From an uncultured Candidatus Saccharibacteria bacterium (GTDB lineage: Bacteria > Patescibacteriota > Doudnabacteria > UBA920), in contig CAYTCJ010000006.1 of the NCBI GenBank assembly GCA_964436545.1, positions 4,729-68,728 of the forward strand: 64,000 bases of DNA, read 5' to 3'. Below, piece after piece: positions 57,442 to 64,000 of this stretch (positions within the stretch are counted from its first letter, which is position 1; the number at the start of each line of letters is the position of its first letter). The notes beneath the pieces were generated by a model, which was not told the DNA's origin, searched no databases, and worked only from the letters and a program-made list of their open reading frames with translations. Made by a program: the position numbers and the translations under genes.

Positions 57442-58965
57442 TTAATTAACATCTACCACTAATTCAATTTCCGCGCCTAACTGTTTTAACCGGCTGGCTA
57501 AATCTTCGTAACCTCGGTTAATGGAATAAACATTTCTTAAAATCGATTCACCCTGAGCCGAAAGCATACCAATGAGAATTATAGCCGCTGGCCTTAAAGC
57601 CGGAGGACACACCATATCTGCTCCTTTTAGTTCAGTTTTACCGTCTACATACACTCGGTGAGGATCGGCTAAAATAATTTTCGCTCTCAACTTATTTAAT
57701 TCCGTATAGTAGATAGCTCGGTTTTCATACACCCAATCGTGAATCAAAGTTTGGCCTTGGCTTTGCGTGGCTATGGGCACAAAAAATGGCAAGTTATCTA
57801 TATTAATACCCAAATTAGAGGGTAGAGGATGAAGTTTCTCTTCTAAAGCCACAAGCTTAGAGGGCAAAGTTTGTATATCCACTAAATTCATCCAACCATT
57901 GGTGGATTTATAGGTCTTTAACACTTTATATTTAAAGCCCATTTTTTCCAGTTTGAGTAATTCTAAACGTAAAAAATCTATGGGACATCCTTCTATAACC
58001 ATACCGGAATGAGTGGTAATGGCAATCGATAAAAACATCATGGCTTCAATGGGATCTTCGCCAATATTATATTCCACTCGCTTATTTATTTCCCTGACTC
58101 CTCTAATTTTTAGCGTTTGACTGCCCAATCCTTCTATTTTTACACCCAATTTTATTAAGAACTGGCATAAATCTTGGACCATATAATTAGCCGAGGCTAA
58201 TTGAATGGTAGTTTCGCCCACAATTTTGGAGGCCGTAATTAATGCGTTCTCCGTAACCGTATCGCCGGTTTCATAAAGCACTATGTCTGCAGGGTGTAAC
58301 TCCTTAGCCGTAATTTTATACTCATCATGAATGGTTTGAATCTTTACACCTAATTTTTCCAAAGCAAACATATGGGGCCTAACTGTTCTCGCTCCCAATT
58401 TACAACCACCGCTTAACGGCCAAGAAAAAGTTTTAAATAAATGCGCCAAAGGCCCAATCATCATTAAGGCAGCTCTGGTTTTAGTGACGGCTAATCGGTC
58501 AACTTTTTTTGGATCTAAAGTTTCGCATTTAATTTCCAAATCATTCGGCCCGAGCCAATTAACCTCTGCTCCCAAACTGGTTAACACCTCTATCATTCTA
58601 AACACTTCTTCAATTTTGGGCACACCCCGCAAAATGGTTTTGCCCGCATTTAACAAACTCGCGGACATAATGGCAATCGCGGAATTTTTTGAAGCATTGA
58701 CCTTAATATTACCGTGTAATTTTTTACCCCCCTGGATTTTAAAATTCAGTGCTTGCCCGCCTAAGGTGATGATTTCACGGTTTAAAACTTTACTCAGCTT
58801 TAACAGTAAGGCCGTAGAAAAATTTTGTTCGCCCTTTTCCATTCTAGCCACGGCCGATTGGCTGGTTTTTAGTCGTTTGGCAAATTCTTGTTGTGTCCAA
58901 GCCTTTTGTTCCCGCAAACTACTAATTAATTGGGCTAACTTCAAGTTTTTAGTCTTTATTTCCAT
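57442..58965 (-). CDS. murA: UDP-N-acetylglucosamine 1-carboxyvinyltransferase MurA with N-terminal XRE-type HTH domain fusion
   Basis: HTH LAQLISSLREQKAWTQQEFAKRLKTSQSAVARMEKGE; MurA body NIKVNASKNSAIAIMSASLL with active-site Cys in SGGCKLGARTV. Confidence 0.85.
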   Translation of the reverse strand: MEIKTKNLKLAQLISSLREQKAWTQQEFAKRLKTSQSAVARMEKGEQNFSTALLLKLSKVLNREIITLGGQALNFKIQGGKKLHGNIKVNASKNSAIAIMSASLLNAGKTILRGVPKIEEVFRMIEVLTSLGAEVNWLGPNDLEIKCETLDPKKVDRLAVTKTRAALMMIGPLAHLFKTFSWPLSGGCKLGARTVRPHMFALEKLGVKIQTIHDEYKITAKELHPADIVLYETGDTVTENALITASKIVGETTIQLASANYMVQDLCQFLIKLGVKIEGLGSQTLKIRGVREINKRVEYNIGEDPIEAMMFLSIAITTHSGMVIEGCPIDFLRLELLKLEKMGFKYKVLKTYKSTNGWMNLVDIQTLPSKLVALEEKLHPLPSNLGINIDNLPFFVPIATQSQGQTLIHDWVYENRAIYYTELNKLRAKIILADPHRVYVDGKTELKGADMVCPPALRPAAIILIGMLSAQGESILRNVYSINRGYEDLASRLKQLGAEIELVVDVN

Positions 58966-59269
58966 AAATTTATATCAAATATGATATAAAAAGTGTATCA
59001 TATTTGCTAAGGCAAGTCAAAACTTACTTAAAATATGGAAGTAAACCACTGTTCTAAAAACTGGGTTTGGCGATTATAAAAAAATAATCCGAGCAATAAA
59101 CCCAAAATTACCGTATTCACAAACAACAAGTGCCATAAGTCGCTTTTGGTATGTGTTTTGTTAGCTTCGTTGATTTCCATAATTCAAATTAGTGCTTAAT
59201 AATTTTGTTCAGTATACCATAATTTTTTGGTTTGTGCATAACCATAAACAGTGCTAAAATATTTCAGCT

Positions 59270-59758
59270 ATGCACACTTTTAACCTCACAACTTGGTTAA
59301 TTTTAACCGGTCTCATTAGCGGTTTATGCCTGCTGGGTTTAGGTTATATGTTTTGGAAATTTCAAAGCACCCAGAGAAAACTTAACTCCTTTTTACTGGG
59401 CAAAAGCGGAGCAGACTTAGAAAGTCTCATTCTGGCCATTCAAGAAAATCTCAAAAGTATTGAAGCCGAAAATCTTACCGCTTCCAATGAAATCAAAGAG
59501 CTCCAACAACTAAGCCGATTGGCAATTCAGAAAATCGGTCTGGTAAGATACAGTCCCTTTGCCGACGGGGGAGGCAACTATAGTTTTTCCTTAGCTTTGT
59601 TAAACCATACGCAATCGGGCATTCTAATTACCAACATGTATGGTCGGCAACAAAGTCGAGTCTATGTAAAAGAAATCTTGCAGGGCAAAAGCGATATCGT
59701 TTTAACCCAAGAAGAACAAACTGCCATTCATAACGCACAATATTATATCAATCATTAA
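59270..59758 (+). CDS. DUF4446-family membrane protein
   Basis: N-terminal TM; GLVRYSPFADGGGNYSFSLALLN motif typical of DUF4446. Confidence 0.65.
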   Translation: MHTFNLTTWLILTGLISGLCLLGLGYMFWKFQSTQRKLNSFLLGKSGADLESLILAIQENLKSIEAENLTASNEIKELQQLSRLAIQKIGLVRYSPFADGGGNYSFSLALLNHTQSGILITNMYGRQQSRVYVKEILQGKSDIVLTQEEQTAIHNAQYYINH

Positions 59759-59770
59759 GTATAAAAATTT

Positions 59771-60178
59771 ATGGAAAAAGATCTCTCCAACTTTGAAGGT
59801 CCGGCAGAAACCATTGTCGGACCCAGCGTAAAAATTCAAGGCGATTTAAACAGCGAAGGCAACATTAACATAGAAGGCCAAGTTGCCGGTAAAGTGGCCA
59901 CCAGCCAAAGCGTGTTTGTTAAAGCCGGAGCTAAAATTACCGCAGATATTTTGGCGGTTAATGCCATTATTGGGGGCGAAGTCTTGGGCAATATTAAAAT
60001 TTCCGGCCACTTAATTATGCAATCTTCCGCCAAAATTAACGGCGATATTTCTTGCAGTATTTTAAGAGTGGAAGATGGCGCCCAATTTACCGGCAAGTGC
60101 AATATGAAAGGCGCTACAAACGGCAATGGTAAAAAAACTTCTGCCCATAACGGCGTTGAACTGGAAACCGAAGAATAA
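59771..60178 (+). CDS. bactofilin (polymer-forming cytoskeletal protein)
   Basis: Beta-helical repeat pattern I.G.V.G.V...V......A.I.GEV.G.I. Confidence 0.8.
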   Translation: MEKDLSNFEGPAETIVGPSVKIQGDLNSEGNINIEGQVAGKVATSQSVFVKAGAKITADILAVNAIIGGEVLGNIKISGHLIMQSSAKINGDISCSILRVEDGAQFTGKCNMKGATNGNGKKTSAHNGVELETEE

Positions 60179-60280
60179 AATAATTGAGCAAAATTGACAT
60201 AAATGACAAAAGTGAACAAAAACTGATGCACTTAAATTTTTGGCATTTTTATTTATTTATTAATTTTTGTCATTACTATT

Positions 60281-61123
60281 GTGTATTATTATATTTTTGA
60301 CCAAGGGAATTTACCCGCAGACAAATACGAAGCTCTCCAAACCCAAACCACTGGTCTATTAGCTGAATTTAAAATTGCCGGCGAAACCGGTCGTGTCACG
60401 CCCTTAAGGTCCATAGCCGACCTAATTGACACTGCCAGCCAAAGAGGCGCCAAAACTTTAATCGCCTGTGGCTCCGACGACACTTTTAACCAAATGCTGG
60501 TGGCCTTAAAGGGTAGAGATTTTGTATTGGGTTTTATTCCGTTTGATCCGCAATCATTTTTAGCCAAAATTTTAGGCTTGGATTCCGTCTTTACCGGAGT
60601 AAAAACCATTGCCGGCCGAAGAATTGAAAAAATTGATTTGGCTAAAATCGCCGACAACTACTTTTTAAGTTTTTTAGAGTTTGGCGTCATGAGTAAAGAC
60701 ATTAAAACCGCGGGGTTTTTTTCCGGCTTAAAACTGCTTTCCGGAGAAGTTAAAAATATTCAAATTAAAATCGATAACGCCTATGTGCTCAAACTGGAAG
60801 CCTTGGGAGGTATGTTAATTAATGCTCGGGCCACCACCTCCAAGAACCGAGCAATTGCCAACCCCACAGACAGCCATTTAGATTTGCTGATTTTAGAAAA
60901 ACTTTCTAAAACTGAAATCCTCAGATATCGCAATCTCATTGCTCAGGGCTTTTTAGAACAAGTGCCCAAAACCACGGTTATTAAGTGTAGAAAAGTGGAA
61001 TTTTTAGAACCCCGAGGTATGAACTTAACCATCTTAGGCCGGATTGTAGCTAAATTACCCAGCACAGTAGAAATTATTCCCCAGCGCCTAAGACTTATTG
61101 TCGGAAAAAACCGAACCTTTTAA
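60281..61123 (+). CDS. diacylglycerol-kinase-catalytic-domain (YegS/DAGK_cat-like) lipid kinase homolog with degenerate GGDG motif (GSDD)
   Basis: LIACGSDDTFNQML. Confidence 0.55.
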   Translation: MYYYIFDQGNLPADKYEALQTQTTGLLAEFKIAGETGRVTPLRSIADLIDTASQRGAKTLIACGSDDTFNQMLVALKGRDFVLGFIPFDPQSFLAKILGLDSVFTGVKTIAGRRIEKIDLAKIADNYFLSFLEFGVMSKDIKTAGFFSGLKLLSGEVKNIQIKIDNAYVLKLEALGGMLINARATTSKNRAIANPTDSHLDLLILEKLSKTEILRYRNLIAQGFLEQVPKTTVIKCRKVEFLEPRGMNLTILGRIVAKLPSTVEIIPQRLRLIVGKNRTF

Positions 61124-61164
61124 GTTTAGTATAAAACTATTACTAATTATTAAAAATAAAATTT

Positions 61165-61377
61165 ATGTCAGAAAATCCATCGGGGTTAGATTCGACTACC
61201 GAAGAGTTAGACCCAATTACTAAACACAATGCTTACCTTGAGCTTTTAGAAAAACGACTTGAAGACGCCCAAGCTTTACCACCCACACCAACAAATCAAA
61301 AACTAATTGAAGATCTCAGAAAAAAAATTGCCGATGCAGAATACAACCGGCCAACACTGCCCCCCAGTAGCTGTTAA
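61165..61377 (+). CDS. hypothetical small protein
   Basis: ORF only. Confidence 0.3.
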   Translation: MSENPSGLDSTTEELDPITKHNAYLELLEKRLEDAQALPPTPTNQKLIEDLRKKIADAEYNRPTLPPSSC

Positions 61378-61607
61378 TTAAATTTACCCATAAAATTAAG
61401 GCGTAAATAACGCCACTGGTTTAAATCTTCTAACTTTACCCGGCTTTTAGGTTTGGTCTATAACCATAAACAATGAATTGATTTTTCTCTGCAAATCAAG
61501 TATAATCAATCAATCCCGTTAGAAGTTTATTCTAAAAAATTAGATACTACGGGGTAAATAAAAAAGGACGAGAATTTTAATAACATTGATAAATAACCTC
61601 TAACAGG

Positions 61608-63539
61608 ATGGATATTTCCAGCTTATCATCGCAATTAAATATTTCCACTCAAGATCTCCGCGCCAAAGCTAAAGAGAAGGGTTTTTTTATATCCCCGAGA
61701 GCCAATAAAATTGACAACCAGTTGGCTAAACAAATTTTAGAAGCTTTACAAACCGCGGTGGTAGCAAAAGTTCAAGCTCCGGCGGACACAGTGACCAAAA
61801 AACAAATTAAACTACCCGCTTATATTAAAGTTAGAGATTTTGCCACCTTAATTAATTTACCGGTTACGGACATCATCAAAAACTTAATCCATAACGGGAT
61901 TATGGCAACGCTTAACGAAGAGATTGATTTTGAAACGGCGTCCATCGTGGCATCGGATTTGGGTTTTGAAGCCGAAACTCAAGTGGATAACACCGAAGCG
62001 GAATTTGGGATGGCGTTTTTACAAAAAGTGATTACCAACGAAAAACCGGAAACTTTAAAAACCCGGCCTCCGATTGTCGCCATTATGGGACACGTGGACC
62101 ATGGCAAAACCACTTTGCTTGATACTCTCAGAAAAACCAAAATCGCCGAAGGCGAAAGCGGAGGCATTACTCAGCACATTGGCGCTTACCGAGTTAAACA
62201 TAACGGCAAATGGATTACTTTTTTAGATACTCCGGGTCATGAAGCCTTTAGCGAAATGCGCGCCAGAGGTGCTAACGTAACCGACATTATTGTTTTAGTC
62301 GTCTCGGCCGATGACGGCGTTAAACCTCAGACCTTGGAAGTAATTAACCGAGCTAAATTTACCGACACGCCTTTAATAGTGGCCATAAATAAAATCGATA
62401 AACCCGAAGCGAACATTTTGCGCGTTAAACAAGAATTGGCCAGCGCCAATGTCTTAACCGAAGAATGGGGCGGTAAAACCATTGCTTGCGAAATCAGCGC
62501 CAAACAAAATATTGGCTTAGATAATTTATTGGAAATGATTTTGCTCACTGCGGAATTAGAAACCTTTAAAGCCAACCCCGAAGGTCAAACCGTGGGCACT
62601 GTGATTGAATCTAAAGTTATGCAAGGTAAAGGCCCTACCGCGACTATTCTTATTCAGAACGGCACCCTTAAATTAGGCGATATTGTTTCAGCCGGACCGG
62701 CGTTTGGCCGAATTCGTTCCTTGGAAGACGAACATGGTAAAAAATTAAAAGAAGTTTTACCCAGTATGCCGGCACAAGTTTCCGGCCTCTCCGAACTTCC
62801 GCATGCCGGAGACGTCATTCAGGTTTTTACTGACTTAGACAAAGCCAAACAAGTCGCCATTATTACTCAAAAGAAATTAAAAACTCATAAACTCTCGGCG
62901 CGCAAACTCAGTGGCGATTTAACCAGCAAAACTTTAAACCTGATTATTAAAGCCGATGTGGCCGGCTCACTGGAAGCCATTAAACAATCGATTGCCAAAT
63001 TAAAAAACGACGAGGTAAAAATTAACATTTTATCGGAAGGCATTGGCGAGGTGAACGAGTCCGATTGTTTGCTGGCCTCCAGCAGTAAAGCTACTGTGAT
63101 AGCTTTTCGAACCAAAGTAAACCCCAAAGCCGTTAGTCTGGCTAAACTCAAACAAGTTACCATAGATTCCTACGATGTCATCTACGAATTAATTGAAGCG
63201 GTAACCAAAGCAGTAATTGAAATGTTTACTCCGGAAACGGAAAAATTTATTTTAGGCAAAGCCAAAGTTTTAGCGGTCTTTATGACCGAAAAAAACCATA
63301 TGATTGTCGGAGGCCGAGTGGAAGAAGGGGAGCTAAAAAAAATCAGTCATATTAATATCATCCGAGAAGATAAAGAATTGGGTCGGGGGGATATCATGGA
63401 ATTACAACAAAATAAAGTTGCCAGCAAGGGCGTACTGGCTGGCAGTGAATTTGGCATTAAACTTAAAACTCCGGTGAAAATTAAAGTGGGCGATGTGCTG
63501 GAAAGTTTTGAAGAAAAAATTAAAACCAAAACCTTATAA
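61608..63539 (+). CDS. infB: translation initiation factor IF-2
   Basis: G domain GHVDHGKTTLLD, DTPGHEAF, NKID; C-terminal IF2 domains. Confidence 0.95.
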   Translation: MDISSLSSQLNISTQDLRAKAKEKGFFISPRANKIDNQLAKQILEALQTAVVAKVQAPADTVTKKQIKLPAYIKVRDFATLINLPVTDIIKNLIHNGIMATLNEEIDFETASIVASDLGFEAETQVDNTEAEFGMAFLQKVITNEKPETLKTRPPIVAIMGHVDHGKTTLLDTLRKTKIAEGESGGITQHIGAYRVKHNGKWITFLDTPGHEAFSEMRARGANVTDIIVLVVSADDGVKPQTLEVINRAKFTDTPLIVAINKIDKPEANILRVKQELASANVLTEEWGGKTIACEISAKQNIGLDNLLEMILLTAELETFKANPEGQTVGTVIESKVMQGKGPTATILIQNGTLKLGDIVSAGPAFGRIRSLEDEHGKKLKEVLPSMPAQVSGLSELPHAGDVIQVFTDLDKAKQVAIITQKKLKTHKLSARKLSGDLTSKTLNLIIKADVAGSLEAIKQSIAKLKNDEVKINILSEGIGEVNESDCLLASSSKATVIAFRTKVNPKAVSLAKLKQVTIDSYDVIYELIEAVTKAVIEMFTPETEKFILGKAKVLAVFMTEKNHMIVGGRVEEGELKKISHINIIREDKELGRGDIMELQQNKVASKGVLAGSEFGIKLKTPVKIKVGDVLESFEEKIKTKTL

Positions 63540-63560
63540 CGGAAATTTCTCCTTACGCGT

Positions 63561-63590
63561 AAAACCCTGTAAATCCTTACAGGGTTTTAC
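63561..63590 (+). terminator. rho-independent terminator after infB
   Basis: AAAACCCTGTAA-atcc-TTACAGGGTTTT. Confidence 0.7.
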
Positions 63591-63688
63591 TATTGCTTAA
63601 AACTCACAATCTCAGTATAATGTTTAGCTGGTATAATCATATCAGAGCTTCCGCACGGCGTAGCTCCTTGACTATTAAATCGATATTT

Positions 63689-64000
63689 ATGAAAACCATA
63701 AAAAAAGCTACCAATCGAATCGCTAAAGTTAATTCACTCATTCAAACAGAGCTAGGCCCAATTTTGCATAATTTTTTAGATTGGCAAACCGGTTTGGTAA
63801 CCATTACTAAAGTGGAAACCAGCAAAGATATGAAGTGGGCCAAAGTGTGGTTATCGATTTTTAATGGTGATGATGATAAAATTTTAAATTTTCTCAACAA
63901 ACACATTTACCAAATTCAAGGGGAATTAAACGAGCACTTTGCTACCAAAATTATTCCACGCATCAGTTTTCACTTGGACACGAGTCCGCGGTATGTGGAA
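63689..64000 (+). CDS. rbfA: ribosome-binding factor A (3'-partial at window edge)
   Basis: MKTIKKATNRIAKVNSLIQTELGPIL... KH-like RbfA N-terminus; no stop before window end. Confidence 0.8.
   Translation, partial: MKTIKKATNRIAKVNSLIQTELGPILHNFLDWQTGLVTITKVETSKDMKWAKVWLSIFNGDDDKILNFLNKHIYQIQGELNEHFATKIIPRISFHLDTSPRYVE

Overview
AT-rich (roughly 35-40% GC by eye) bacterial chromosomal segment. Gene content is reduced and CPR/Patescibacteria-like: DUF559, YraN, GxxExxY and four-helix-bundle small proteins, rpsP-KH-trmD-rplS without rimM, RNase Y, and many secreted/TM hypotheticals. About 75 protein genes are packed tightly, almost all on the minus strand up to ~48.7 kb, then mostly on the plus strand. 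Recognisable housekeeping genes: nusA, rny, sodA-like, rplS, rluD-like, trmD, rpsP, smc, rnc, ftsH, galU, yifB, lspA, recA, ftsK, pyrD/pyrF/pyrE, ddl, a Mur-ligase (murF-like), HTH-murA, rlmH, infB and rbfA (partial). Seven intact tRNAs were found by manual folding: Val-GAC, Leu-TAG, Ser-CGA, Pro-CGG, Ala-GGC, Arg-CCT, Ala-CGC. Several tRNA fragments are also present. Standout observations: (1) a tandem array of six secreted paralogs sharing a conserved C-terminal VirB2/TrbC-like pilin module with hypervariable ectodomains, next to tRNA-Leu; (2) two families of GC-rich palindromic elements that sit in-frame inside conserved housekeeping genes (yraN, rluD-like, ymdB-like, pyrF, Mur ligase, a hydrolase) and also intergenically, resembling Rickettsia RPEs; (3) a tRNA-fragment graveyard built around tRNA-Ala(GGC) pieces, with two conspicuously high-GC foreign genes and an ECF sigma/anti-sigma pair nearby; (4) an HTH-MurA fusion; (5) a Mur ligase carrying an N-terminal membrane extension, 13-aa tandem repeats and a 28-bp direct repeat at both ends; (6) two perfect DnaA-box 9-mers in a 700-bp non-coding stretch, next to a terminator-ended leader or sRNA candidate. 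All calls come from reading the sequence and ORF translations; no database search was possible.
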